Of a stretch of DNA of 64,000 bases, positions 30,230 to 40,069 are shown piece by piece. Both the position numbers and the translations under genes were made by a program. Under the pieces are notes generated by a model. That model saw only the letters and a list, made by a program, of their open reading frames with translations. It had not been told where the DNA came from and did no database searches. Positions within the stretch are counted from its first letter, which is position 1. Each line of letters begins with the position of its first letter. Source of the stretch: Gemmatimonadota bacterium (lineage in GTDB: Bacteria > Latescibacterota > UBA2968 > UBA8231); contig JAYPJE010000024.1 of the NCBI GenBank assembly GCA_038128265.1, positions 1 through 64,000 of the forward strand, read 5' to 3'.

Positions 30230-31887
30230 TACTTCTCACCGCTCTCGCGCACGAGCAGCACAGAACCGGCCGCCACCGAGTGCAGCGTATCGCGGGCACC
30301 GCTAGGCCACTGCACGCAGACCCATTGCGCGCGCTCGTTCTCCCCTAGGCCGAAGTGCAGGCGCAGCGCGTTGGCGCCGAGATAGCCCGAGCTAGCGTTA
30401 ACCGTGCGCACCTGTGCGCGGCCGTCGACGCGCACTTCGACGCGTGCTCCCACGCCATAGCGATTGCTCTGCACGCCGACTAGATCGACGGCAATGGCCC
30501 CGTTTTGGGTAGCCGTGTCGTTGCGCAGCAGCGTCGGTCCTTCGTCCAGGTTGGTAACCAAGAGATCGACGTCGCCATCGCCGTCGTAATCCCCTCCGGC
30601 GGTACCGCGGCTTACGGCACGTATCGCCAAACCGGGACCGCCGTCTTCCACTGAGTAGACGCCGCCGTCGTTGCGAAACAGCTGGTTGCGCTGGGCGTAT
30701 CCCCCCCCCGTTGAAGCCCTTTCCACCTGCGGATAGACGTGGCTATTGACCGCAAATAAATCGAGATCGCCATCGCTATCGGCGTCAAAAAAGTGTGCTC
30801 CCCAGCCCAGGTATTCAACGCTGGGCGCCCCGAGACCGCTGCCGGAAGTTGCATCGACAAAGCGCATTTCGCCGTCGTTGCGGTAGAGCGTATTGGTCTC
30901 GCCGTAAAAATTGGTCACAAAGATATCGCCGTCGCCGTCGCCATCGTAGTCACCTACGTCAACGCCCATGCCCGACTCCTCTTCGCCGTCGAGGTTAAAG
31001 GCGACGCCCGCCAGCATGGCCACGTCGATAAACGAGCGGCCGTCGTTGCGCCATAGCACGTTGGCGCGTTCGTCGTTGGCCACGAAGAGATCTACATCGC
31101 CGTCGGCATCGAAATCCTCGGGCACGACGCCCAAACCGTAGTGATCGTTTGCCGCGGCAATGCCCGTCTCGTCGGTGACGTCGGCGAACTGACCGCTGCC
31201 TTCGTTTCTATAGAGGCGGTCCTCGCCGCCGGGCAGGCCGACCGGACCGCAAAAGACGCGCAGGCCCCCCAAATAGACGCACGGATCCCACAGCGTTGGA
31301 TCTTCCAGCAGCGGTGCAATATCAAACGCCACGTAGTTGCTTACGTAGAGATCGAGGTCGCCGTCGTTGTCGTAGTCGAAAAAAGCCGCACTGGCGCTGA
31401 AGTCGTCGCCCTCCGCGCCCGAACTCGCCTCGACAAAAGCACCGTCAACGCCGTTGAGAAACAGTGCATTGGGACCGTAGTTGGTCAGGTAGAGATCGCG
31501 CAGGCCATCGCCGTTGACATCGCCGACGGCCACGCCGGCTCCCCAGCGCCGGTCGCCGAGGCCAGCGCGCTGCGTGTCGTCGACAAAACGCCCACCGTCG
31601 TTGCGGTAGTATACATTGCCCGGCCCGTGACCGTAGTCGGCGAAAGTTGAACCGTTGACCAGGTAGAGATCTAAATCGCCGTCGTCATCGCCGTCAAAAA
31701 AGGCCGCCCCGCTTCCGTGCGCTTCGAGAATGGAGCCCTTGTCTTTGCCTCCACCGGTGTGGACAAAATCGATGCCTGCCTGTGCGGTCTGATCGCTGAA
31801 CGAAATTTGAGCGGCAGCCGGTGCGGACAGCGCAGCAAGCAGAGCGACGGCGCAGATCATAGGGCGCGTTCGCGCGCTAAATAGCAA
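30229..31887 (-). CDS. CRTAC1 family protein (FG-GAP/VCBS repeats + ASPIC/UnbV), secreted
   Basis: Signal peptide, repeated DxDxDGDxDL..N..LYRN, C-terminal SNRYGVGARV..GYLG..LHFGLG..WPSG. Alternative start ATG 31860. Confidence 0.9.
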   Translation of the reverse strand: MLFSARTRPMICAVALLAALSAPAAAQISFSDQTAQAGIDFVHTGGGKDKGSILEAHGSGAAFFDGDDDGDLDLYLVNGSTFADYGHGPGNVYYRNDGGRFVDDTQRAGLGDRRWGAGVAVGDVNGDGLRDLYLTNYGPNALFLNGVDGAFVEASSGAEGDDFSASAAFFDYDNDGDLDLYVSNYVAFDIAPLLEDPTLWDPCVYLGGLRVFCGPVGLPGGEDRLYRNEGSGQFADVTDETGIAAANDHYGLGVVPEDFDADGDVDLFVANDERANVLWRNDGRSFIDVAMLAGVAFNLDGEEESGMGVDVGDYDGDGDGDIFVTNFYGETNTLYRNDGEMRFVDATSGSGLGAPSVEYLGWGAHFFDADSDGDLDLFAVNSHVYPQVERASTGGGYAQRNQLFRNDGGVYSVEDGGPGLAIRAVSRGTAGGDYDGDGDVDLLVTNLDEGPTLLRNDTATQNGAIAVDLVGVQSNRYGVGARVEVRVDGRAQVRTVNASSGYLGANALRLHFGLGENERAQWVCVQWPSGARDTLHSVAAGSVLLVRESGEK

Positions 31888-31899
31888 GGGGGGCGTTGC

Positions 31900-32619
31900 T
31901 CAATACGCACATCGGAAACCCAGCGTATTGCCCTTCACATAGGAATGAGCATCTTTGGTATTCGAGCGCTTGTCGCACTGAGCCAACGTATTGCCGTTGA
32001 CCCATGAACCACCGCGCAGAAACTGCAGGTCGCCCTCCGACTGCGTCCACTCCCACACATTGCCGGCCATGTCCATAATGCCAAACGGGCTGGCTCCCTT
32101 GGGAAAAGTGCCGACCGGCGCCGTGCGCACATAGCCGTCGTATTTGTGGCCGTATATATTGGCGTAGCCCTGTTCAAAGGCCTCGCCCCACGGATATTTC
32201 AACCCCTCTGGACCCTCGCAGGCATAGCGCCATTCTCGCTGGGTCGGCAGGCGTTTACCGGCCCATTCGCAGTAGGCGCGCGCACCGTGCCACGACACCT
32301 CCACTACAGGATGGGTAGCAAAACTATCTTTGGCAGCAAAGACCCCTTCTCTCTCCTCGATCAGAGCAAAGCGGCTGCGCAATTCGACCCAATAGGCCCC
32401 CTCTTCCTCCTGGTTGCCGCGCTCGTTGAGAAACTCGGCGTACTCGGCATTGGTCACTTCAAACGTATCGAGGTGATAGGCGCTCCCTTCAAGTTCGATG
32501 CGAACGGATGGACCGCCCTTGAGCGAATCTGGCGGCGATGCGACATCTTGCGCACCAAGCGCAGTCGACAGCAGCGCACAGCACGCTGCAATACGGTAAG
32601 CGTGTTTCTCTATTTTCAT
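31900..32619 (-). CDS. FGE-sulfatase (SUMF1-like) domain protein, secreted
   Basis: EVTNAEY, HPVVEVSW, KRLPT..EW, DMAGNVWEW, RGGSW, GFRC. Confidence 0.88.
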   Translation of the reverse strand: MKIEKHAYRIAACCALLSTALGAQDVASPPDSLKGGPSVRIELEGSAYHLDTFEVTNAEYAEFLNERGNQEEEGAYWVELRSRFALIEEREGVFAAKDSFATHPVVEVSWHGARAYCEWAGKRLPTQREWRYACEGPEGLKYPWGEAFEQGYANIYGHKYDGYVRTAPVGTFPKGASPFGIMDMAGNVWEWTQSEGDLQFLRGGSWVNGNTLAQCDKRSNTKDAHSYVKGNTLGFRCAY

Positions 32620-33470
32620 ATGCCCTCTACGTAACGGGAAACAGTGGCGCTAAACCCCTCTTCTGATAGCGATGGACCCACTTCGATGGCCGTCCCTGTA
32701 ATGGAACGGCGCACTTCGGGCTTGGCATTGCCCATCAGCACACCCACGCCGGCCGCTTTGAGCATTGGCAAATCGTTGTCGCCATCGCCAATGGCCAGCG
32801 TCTCATCCAGTTCGGCACCCACTTCGCGTGCCAGTGCGCGCAGGGCGACCGATTTATCAACGTGCGGCGGCATAATCTCAATGCGATCCGGGATCGACCA
32901 GGTCGCATAGATGCGTTGGCCCCAGCGCGCTTTTATAGCGTCCATCACCCCACCGCGCTGCGCTTCGCCGGTGACGATCATAATCTTGGGCGGCACAGAG
33001 ACCTCGCCGCCCAAACAGCGCTCGTAAAGTGCCTCATCGTGCACAAAGCCCGGCCCTCCAAACACTTCCAACCCATCCACCGAATGCGAATGGCGGTATT
33101 CTTCGCGCAGACCGCCCTCTTCCTGCGCACACAGGCAGCAAATAAGGTTGAAGTCGCCCTCTCGACTAAAGGCGACTAGTTCGCGAAAAAGTTCCGCGTC
33201 GAGGCACTCTTGGTGCAGCAGACGGCGGTGCCCTTTGCGCTCGGCACTAACGGCAACGCCGCCGTTATAGCCCCCCACGTAGAGCGCAGACGCCACGTGC
33301 GGCCAGGGGGCAAGCGGTTCCTGCGAGCGGCGAATGCTGCGGCCGCTGTTGCTCGCCACAGCCACCCCGCGTTCGAGCAGCAATTCAATAGTCCGCAGCG
33401 ATGCAGCCGATACGTTGCTCTCTTCGTCTAGTATGGTGCCGTCCATATCAAAGGCAACTAGTTTAATCAT
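32616..33470 (-). CDS. Cof-type HAD hydrolase (subfamily IIB)
   Basis: FDMDGT, SGR, K (VDKS), GDGDNDLPM. Confidence 0.9.
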   Translation of the reverse strand: MIKLVAFDMDGTILDEESNVSAASLRTIELLLERGVAVASNSGRSIRRSQEPLAPWPHVASALYVGGYNGGVAVSAERKGHRRLLHQECLDAELFRELVAFSREGDFNLICCLCAQEEGGLREEYRHSHSVDGLEVFGGPGFVHDEALYERCLGGEVSVPPKIMIVTGEAQRGGVMDAIKARWGQRIYATWSIPDRIEIMPPHVDKSVALRALAREVGAELDETLAIGDGDNDLPMLKAAGVGVLMGNAKPEVRRSITGTAIEVGPSLSEEGFSATVSRYVEGI

Positions 33471-34851
33471 GGTCTCCCTGCCATTTATTCTCCACGTCGC
33501 GTAGGCGCTGCTGCTCGCGTTCATCGTCGCGCGCCAGTTCCATGTAGCGCTGCCACTCTGCGCGCGCGCGCTCCGGGTAGGCGCGCTCATACGTAGCGGC
33601 TAAATGGTAGCGCCACAGCGCGCGCTCCGGCTCTAACCGCACCGATGCTTCGCCGGCGTCTAACGCCGCGCCCAGCACACCCAGCTGCCGGTACACATCG
33701 CCCAGCGACGCGTGCAGTTCGGCGTTGTCGGGGTACTGTGCGACGCCGTCAGAAAACACCTTTACCGCCGGGCGCAGACGCCCCCGATGCACGTAGAGCC
33801 CCCCGAGTTTAAGCGCGGCATCCCCGCCGTCGCCGCCAATAGTCAAGGCCTGCTTAAACGCCCCTTCTGCCCGCTGCCAATCACCGCGCTGGCTGTGCAC
33901 GATCCCCATGCTAACCCACACGCTCGCATCCTGCGGATTCTGCGCAGCCAGCTCGGCGTATACCGCTAGCGCATCGTCAGCCCGCCCCACGGTGCTATAC
34001 AGCAGGGCGGCATAGCGCTGGGCCAACGGCAGGTCGGGGGCCAGTTTTCGAGCGCGCTCTATGTGTTCCAAGGCGCGCTGCGCGTCGCCGTCTTCCCATA
34101 TAAAACGCCCCATTTCCTGATGTAAGAGCGGCGAGTCGGCACGGCGCGCCAAGCCGTCTGCCAGCACGCCGCGACCTACGTGCGGCTGTCCCATCTCGCG
34201 GTAGAGCGCCGCTAGCTCTAGGCGCGCCATTACGTCGTCGGCATCGACTTCCAACGCCTGAGCATAGAGCGCCTGCGCTTCATCGCGCCGACCTAAACGC
34301 GCCTCTACGCGCGCTAAATGCGCGTGCACATCAGCTATCTGTGCGTCCATCTGCAGCGCCGCGCGATAGGCCGCACGCGCTGACTGCAGGTGTTCGTCCA
34401 CATGGCCCAGCGCCGCGTAGGCATGTCCCAGACGGGCGTATAGACTCGCCGAGCGCTCGCCGCGGCGCAGCGCATCCTGATAGGCGCGCTGCGCGCCGCT
34501 GTAGCGTCCCTGTGCGGCCAGCGAAAAACCCAACCGCGCGTAGGCAATACCCATATCGGAGTGGCGTTCGACAAGTTGACGATAGAGCAGGGTCGCCTCT
34601 TCGTACGCGCCTTGTGCCTCGTACAGCGCGGCCAATCCCAGCGCCGCATCAACCATAGTCGAATCGAGCGCGAGCGCCTGCCGCTCGGCATACTGCGCCG
34701 TTGCCAGAACCTGTGGATCGAGCGTGCGCAACGCGCGCCCCTCCACAGTTTCCACCGCTTCGGCGTGCCAGGCCTGGGCATCTTTTTCCCCGCATCCATT
34801 GCAGAGGGCACAGCTCAACAGTGCGCAGAGCGCAGACGCCAGGTATTTCAT
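33463..34851 (-). CDS. TPR-repeat lipoprotein
   Basis: Cys-containing signal peptide (CNGC) and many ~34-aa helical repeats (LG..Y..QG...EA...Y..AL). Confidence 0.85.
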   Translation of the reverse strand: MKYLASALCALLSCALCNGCGEKDAQAWHAEAVETVEGRALRTLDPQVLATAQYAERQALALDSTMVDAALGLAALYEAQGAYEEATLLYRQLVERHSDMGIAYARLGFSLAAQGRYSGAQRAYQDALRRGERSASLYARLGHAYAALGHVDEHLQSARAAYRAALQMDAQIADVHAHLARVEARLGRRDEAQALYAQALEVDADDVMARLELAALYREMGQPHVGRGVLADGLARRADSPLLHQEMGRFIWEDGDAQRALEHIERARKLAPDLPLAQRYAALLYSTVGRADDALAVYAELAAQNPQDASVWVSMGIVHSQRGDWQRAEGAFKQALTIGGDGGDAALKLGGLYVHRGRLRPAVKVFSDGVAQYPDNAELHASLGDVYRQLGVLGAALDAGEASVRLEPERALWRYHLAATYERAYPERARAEWQRYMELARDDEREQQRLRDVENKWQGDHD

Positions 34852-36977
34852 TGCACCGCCTCCAAGCGCGCCAGTCCCTCTACGACGCGCCAGCGACGGT
34901 CGACCGCCACATCGGCAAATACGTCCGTTATGCCGCTCGGCCAGCGCACGGCCACCTGCTCCGCGCGCGCGCAGTCGCCCAGGCCAAATTCAGCTTCCAG
35001 GCTATTGCTGTTGCCAAAGCTGTAACCAGAGGCCACTTCGCGCATCTGCCTGCGCTCCCCGCACTGGACCTCAATCCGCGCACCCAGCCCGTCGCGATTG
35101 CTCTGCCGACCTTGCAGCTGTATGACCAGCCAGTGGTTGCCGAAGCCCTCGTTGCGATAGAATACATTGTGCCAGTGGTCGCCGGGCTGTGCGCCGCCCG
35201 AAGGCACGTATAGATCGACGTCGCCGTCGCCATCGTAGTCGGCAAAGGTCACGCCGTGCGACTTGCCGACGTGGCCGAGTCCAAGCGCTTCCGTAGCGTC
35301 TGCAAACGTGCCGTTGCCAAGATTGCGATAGAGCACGTCGGGATCGCGGCGACTCATCTGTGGCCCCCCGTTGCCCAGATACAAATCGACCCAGCCGTCG
35401 TTGTCCACATCGGCCGATACGCCGCTCATCGTTCCTTCCGCGCGGGCAATGCCAGCGGCTTCTGTTACGTCGGCAAAGGCGCCGTTGCCGAGATTGCGAT
35501 AGAGCACCGGTCGATCGCGCACGCTCGTACTGCGACCGGCCGCGCGATCGGCCAGCACTCGATCAAACAGGCTCCAATTGCCGACAAAGAGGTCGAGCTG
35601 ACCGTCGTTGTCGTAGTCGAGTGTAAACGTTATAAAGCCGTCAATATGCGCGGCCGCCGTGCCCGAAGATTCCGTAATATCGGCGAAGGATCCGTCGCCC
35701 TCGTTGCGATACAGCGCATTGGGCTCGGTGAAATTGCATACGTAGAGATCGGCATCGCCGTCGCCGTCAAAGTCGCCCCACGCCGCGCTCAAGCTCTGAC
35801 CGCGATGGTCGACGCCGGCCGCACCCGCCACGTCGACAAAGGTGCCGTCGCCGCGGTTGCGATAGAGCACATTGGTCGAATCGCCGGTAGCTCCCGTGCC
35901 GTTGGCCACGTAGAGATCGATCCAGCCATCGCCGTCGTAGTCGGCAAAGGCCGCACAAAAGCCCGAGCCCGTATCGCCTGTGCCCGCGCGCTCCGTCACG
36001 TCGGCAAAATGCCCATCGCCGTCGTTGGCAAACAGCACATTGGCACCACCGCCAAACCAGCCGTCGCGCGTGATGTAGAGGTCGGGATCGCCGTCGTTGT
36101 CGTAATCGGCCACCTGCGCACCGATGCCGCCCGACGGCAGGTGCAGGCCCGCTTCACGCGCGGTCTCGGCAAAGCGCCCGCTATCGTTGCGATAATAGGC
36201 CAAGTCGGGGTGGCCCAATGCAACCAAGTCAAGGTCGCCGTCGCCGTCGAAGTCGGCCCAGGCGCTCGAGCGCCCACCGTCGAGCTTGTCGACGCCCAAC
36301 TCGGCACCAACTTCGCGAAAACGACCCGCCAGCGCTCGGACCGGAGGATCGGCCTGCGGAAAGCGGTAGACCTCGGGGATATCGGCGTCGGCGGCGCCCA
36401 GCGCCCGATGCACTTCGCGCAGGCTCCACCTGAGCTCCAGCGCGTCGGGATGCCCGTCAATGGCCCGGCGCAGCAGCGAATCGGCGCGCGCGTACTCTTC
36501 CTGCCAAATGGCGGTCACCGAAGCCTGGTAGAGCGGCTCGTAGCCGGTTGGGTCGACCGCCAACGCACGCGCAAAATACGCCCTAGCCTGGACATAACGC
36601 CCCTCTTCGAGGGCCTCGCGACCGCGGCCTAAAAACGTCTCTAAGATCAGCGCGCGCGCCGCCGTTAGCTGTGCGTTGAGCGCTAGGGCGCGCTGCAGCT
36701 GTTCCACTCCTTCGTCGATGCGTCCCTGCAGCAGGCGCAGGCGTCCCAGCTGCCAATGCCCTTCGTAAGCGTCTGGCGATAGCGCCACACAGCGGCTGAA
36801 AGCGCGTTCGGCCTCCAGTAAACGGTGGCGCTCGAGCAGGTCCAGGCCCGTTCTATAGGCGTCTAAAAAATCCGCGGTGCGCGGGGGCATGCGCGGCTCG
36901 TTGGAAGCGCATGAAGCAATGCACAGCGCTGCACAAAAACTGTTTAGCAGACGAGATGTAAAAGGATTTCTTAGCAC
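34848..36977 (-). CDS. TPR + CRTAC1 (FG-GAP/ASPIC-UnbV) lipoprotein
   Basis: Lipobox IASC, N-terminal TPRs, DxDxDG repeats, SNRDGLGARI..FGLG..WPSG. Start uncertain (GTG 36977 chosen). Confidence 0.85.
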   Translation of the reverse strand: MLRNPFTSRLLNSFCAALCIASCASNEPRMPPRTADFLDAYRTGLDLLERHRLLEAERAFSRCVALSPDAYEGHWQLGRLRLLQGRIDEGVEQLQRALALNAQLTAARALILETFLGRGREALEEGRYVQARAYFARALAVDPTGYEPLYQASVTAIWQEEYARADSLLRRAIDGHPDALELRWSLREVHRALGAADADIPEVYRFPQADPPVRALAGRFREVGAELGVDKLDGGRSSAWADFDGDGDLDLVALGHPDLAYYRNDSGRFAETAREAGLHLPSGGIGAQVADYDNDGDPDLYITRDGWFGGGANVLFANDGDGHFADVTERAGTGDTGSGFCAAFADYDGDGWIDLYVANGTGATGDSTNVLYRNRGDGTFVDVAGAAGVDHRGQSLSAAWGDFDGDGDADLYVCNFTEPNALYRNEGDGSFADITESSGTAAAHIDGFITFTLDYDNDGQLDLFVGNWSLFDRVLADRAAGRSTSVRDRPVLYRNLGNGAFADVTEAAGIARAEGTMSGVSADVDNDGWVDLYLGNGGPQMSRRDPDVLYRNLGNGTFADATEALGLGHVGKSHGVTFADYDGDGDVDLYVPSGGAQPGDHWHNVFYRNEGFGNHWLVIQLQGRQSNRDGLGARIEVQCGERRQMREVASGYSFGNSNSLEAEFGLGDCARAEQVAVRWPSGITDVFADVAVDRRWRVVEGLARLEAVQ

Positions 36978-37056
36978 GTCGAGAAGTGAGTTGAACTGGC
37001 GTTTTGCACAATACCGCGCGGCGCGATCGAACCGCAGCAACAACATCAACTTCTCT

Positions 37057-37085
37057 TTGCCATTTGTCAACGTTTCTAGTAAATT
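37057..37085 (+). promoter_or_regulatory. Putative sigma70 promoter (divergent region)
   Basis: TTGCCA-N17-TAAATT upstream of ATG 37126. An opposing TTGACA lies on the minus strand at 37065-37070. Confidence 0.5.
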
Positions 37086-37125
37086 GCAGCCCGTCTCCAA
37101 CCGCTCACCTGCAAAGGAGTTTCCA

Positions 37126-38244
37126 ATGCGCATCGCCCTCATGGTCGCCGCTATGCTCTGCACCACCGCTCTCTCCGCTTCTGAAAACCGCCCCACACTC
37201 AGCATGGAAAGCAACGCTGCCCAGCTCGTCATCGACTTGGGCGGCGGTTCCATCGCCGACTTTCACCTCGGTACGGATGGGCTAAACCCGCTGCAGTGGG
37301 ACTCGTGGGACTTTAGCGACGACCCCTCTGCCGACCCACCGCTCGCACCCCGTTCTATGGGTCACTTTCTCTGCTTAGACCGCTGGGGACCCGCTACGGA
37401 GACCGAAACGGAGCTGGGCATGGGATGGCACGGCGAAGCATCGAGCAGCTGGTGGAACGTGCGCCAGGCGCCGACGCACAGTGGGTCCAGCACCCAAGCG
37501 CAAATGGCTGCGGTGCTGCCGCTGGCCGGCCTCGAAGTGCTGCGCACCATTCGCCTGCACGACGATCAGGCCATTTTCACCGTCAGCGAGGCGGTAACCA
37601 ATACCCGCCACATCGGACGCATCTACAACATCGTCCAGCATCCGACCATCGGCCCACCCTTTCTCGATGAGAGCACCGTGGTGGATGCCAACGGCACGCG
37701 TGGCTTTATGCAGGAGACGCCAGGTCCCGACTTTGAAACGCCGGAAGTGCGCTGGCCCAACGCCCTGCAAAAAGACGGCACCGAAGTCAACCTGCGCCAT
37801 CTGACAGACGATGCCTCGCCCGCCGTGGTATCCTACATAGTCGAAGAAGAATACGGCTGGGTTACGGCGATCAACGCCTCCGAAGAATTGCTCATCGGCT
37901 ATATCTGGCCCAGCGTCGACTATCCCTGGTTTGATGCCTGGCGGCACGTAGCCGACGGCAAGCCCTTTGCCCGCGGACTCGAATTCGGCACGACGGGCCT
38001 GCACCAGCCCGGTCCCGTGCTGGTTGAAAAGGGCAAGATCTTTGACCGCCACCTGTTCCGTTTTATCGATGCCAAGGAAACGCAGACCTTTTCCTATGCC
38101 AACTTTCTCATGGAGATTCCGAAAGATTTCAACGGCGTAGAGCGCGTCGCCTACGATGGCAACGAAATCGTCGTCAGCGAACGCGGCGGCAAGGGACGCT
38201 CGCTGAAAATGCAGGTGGGAGCGCTCTTCGCAGCAGCCGAATAG
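37126..38244 (+). CDS. Secreted galactose-mutarotase/aldose-epimerase-like fold protein
   Basis: AAGGAG RBS, signal peptide, HGEA, NIVQHPT, GLEFGT spaced like the mutarotase His/His/Glu residues. Confidence 0.6.
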   Translation: MRIALMVAAMLCTTALSASENRPTLSMESNAAQLVIDLGGGSIADFHLGTDGLNPLQWDSWDFSDDPSADPPLAPRSMGHFLCLDRWGPATETETELGMGWHGEASSSWWNVRQAPTHSGSSTQAQMAAVLPLAGLEVLRTIRLHDDQAIFTVSEAVTNTRHIGRIYNIVQHPTIGPPFLDESTVVDANGTRGFMQETPGPDFETPEVRWPNALQKDGTEVNLRHLTDDASPAVVSYIVEEEYGWVTAINASEELLIGYIWPSVDYPWFDAWRHVADGKPFARGLEFGTTGLHQPGPVLVEKGKIFDRHLFRFIDAKETQTFSYANFLMEIPKDFNGVERVAYDGNEIVVSERGGKGRSLKMQVGALFAAAE

Positions 38245-38253
38245 GGATACACC

Positions 38254-39555
38254 TTGTCAGCATTCTCGCACAGCGCTCAGACGTGGGCGCCGCATCCGGA
38301 CGCGGCGCCTGCGACATCGCACTCGTCTGCGGGCTATGGCATTGCCGCCAACGGCACGCGCACGCTGAGCGGAGGCTGGCAGGTGGCGTGCGAGGATATC
38401 CGGGGCGGAGCGACCTACCGCATCACCGTCGACGTCCGCATTGAAGGCGAAATCAACTGGCGCGACGCGCTGCAGTGCAAAGCGATCTGGGGCGCCATCG
38501 CCGCCGACAGTGCCCACTGCCAGCAGCCGTGGGATTATTTGGTGCCCGACTATCTCGGAAGAAACACCCTGCGCTTTGCGCGCGAGCTGCGCGCTCCCGA
38601 CGACGTCAGCGTGCTCACGCTGCGCTATACCCTGCGCTGGACCGCCCAAGGCACAACCCACTGGAGCGCCCCACGCGTCGAGCGAATCGACACAGACAGT
38701 CCTCCATCCACGCGCGTTGCCGTCGTCACCGGCACGCGCGCCAGTCGCCGCCAGCACGGCATTGAATCCATCGACGACAACGTCGCATTTTACGCGGAGC
38801 GCTGCCGCGCCTGTGCACAGGACGCCGACCTAATTGTCCTGCCCGAAGTTGCGCTGCAGTGGCAGCTGCCTGGCCACCCACTCGACCTAGCGCTGCCCTG
38901 CCCCGGTCCGGAAACCGACGTCTTCGCCCAAATAGCCCGCCAGCAGCAAACGCATATTCTCCTCGGGCTGTTCGAGCGCGACGGCGATGCCGTGCGCAAC
39001 AGCGCCGTGCTCTTCGGGCCCGATGGCACCGTCACCGGGCGCTATTACAAAGTGCACCTAGCGGTAGGCGGCGAGAGCGAGTCCGGCATTCTCCCCGGCG
39101 ATACATTCCCCATTTTCGACACCCCGATCGGACGCCTTGGCTGCAATATCTGCATGGATATTTCCGCGGCCGAATCGGCGCGGATGGTAGGCCTCAACGG
39201 CGCGGATTTCTTGCTCCTGCCTATTATGGGCGACCACCGCGCCGACCGCTGGAGTCCTGGGCCACCGGTATTTAACGAGGGGCGTTGGCAGGCCATCATG
39301 CGCACGCGCGCACTAGACGGCCAGTTTACCTTTGTCGTGGCGCGCAACGAAGCACAGGGGTCGTGCATCGTCGACCGGCGCGGCGATTTTCTCGCCTATA
39401 ACGACGGCACGCAGGACATTATTACCGCTACCGTTCCAGCCGCCGACGGCTACCGCACCTGGAACGGCGGCGATTTTCGCGGCATTAACTGGATGCAGCG
39501 CCGCCCGCACATCTACGGAGCCTACACTGATGCGGAAAATCGCGGTTCGCTGTGA
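38254..39555 (+). CDS. Carbon-nitrogen hydrolase (nitrilase superfamily) with extra N-terminal domain
   Basis: Catalytic triad LPEVA / YYKVHL / ICMD, plus a ~150-aa N-terminal beta-rich extension. Confidence 0.87.
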   Translation: MSAFSHSAQTWAPHPDAAPATSHSSAGYGIAANGTRTLSGGWQVACEDIRGGATYRITVDVRIEGEINWRDALQCKAIWGAIAADSAHCQQPWDYLVPDYLGRNTLRFARELRAPDDVSVLTLRYTLRWTAQGTTHWSAPRVERIDTDSPPSTRVAVVTGTRASRRQHGIESIDDNVAFYAERCRACAQDADLIVLPEVALQWQLPGHPLDLALPCPGPETDVFAQIARQQQTHILLGLFERDGDAVRNSAVLFGPDGTVTGRYYKVHLAVGGESESGILPGDTFPIFDTPIGRLGCNICMDISAAESARMVGLNGADFLLLPIMGDHRADRWSPGPPVFNEGRWQAIMRTRALDGQFTFVVARNEAQGSCIVDRRGDFLAYNDGTQDIITATVPAADGYRTWNGGDFRGINWMQRRPHIYGAYTDAENRGSL

Positions 39556-39568
39556 TGGGAAAGCGGAA

Positions 39569-40045
39569 CTAATACACTCCGTCTTCAAAGCGGAGCCTGC
39601 CCTGCGATGCGCGCGTGAAATACTCCTCCACCGTCTGGCGCGTGCGTGGAAACAGTCGACGCAACTCGTCGACGACCGCCTGCACGTTGGCCTCATCCTC
39701 TCCCATATCGAGCAGCAGGCGCGCATAGAGAAAGAGTAGCTGCTGGTTGTGGCGATCGGCTTCCAGCGCCTTTTCGAGGTGGACGCGCGCCGCTTTTAGC
39801 TGACCTTTTTCGGCCAGCGCCGTGCCCATCAGCAGATTGGGCTGCGCGCCTTCCGGATAGAGCGTCAGGAGAACGCGTGCCGCTTCTTCAAGCGACTCGC
39901 CTTTGAGAGTGGGGTGGCCGCGCGCGTGCGTGCGCTCGGCAAGATGATCGTACTCGGCCGCGCGCTGGCGCTCTACATAAGCGAGCACCGCGCCTATGGC
40001 CATGATGACGAACAGGAGTCTAAAAGAGCGTAAATAGCGCATCAT
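39569..40045 (-). CDS. Small membrane-anchored TPR protein
   Basis: N-terminal TM then TPR-like LMGTALAEKGQLKAARVHLEKAL. Confidence 0.7.
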   Translation of the reverse strand: MMRYLRSFRLLFVIMAIGAVLAYVERQRAAEYDHLAERTHARGHPTLKGESLEEAARVLLTLYPEGAQPNLLMGTALAEKGQLKAARVHLEKALEADRHNQQLLFLYARLLLDMGEDEANVQAVVDELRRLFPRTRQTVEEYFTRASQGRLRFEDGVY

Positions 40046-40069
40046 TCACTGTGCGTACGCGCCAACGGA

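Noticed and set aside
35256..36632. 458-aa plus-strand ORF (also 49716-50669 and 44349-44981)
   Set aside because: Antisense shadows of CRTAC1 genes. The VAVAVVVV repeats are just the reverse complement of DxDxDG codons.
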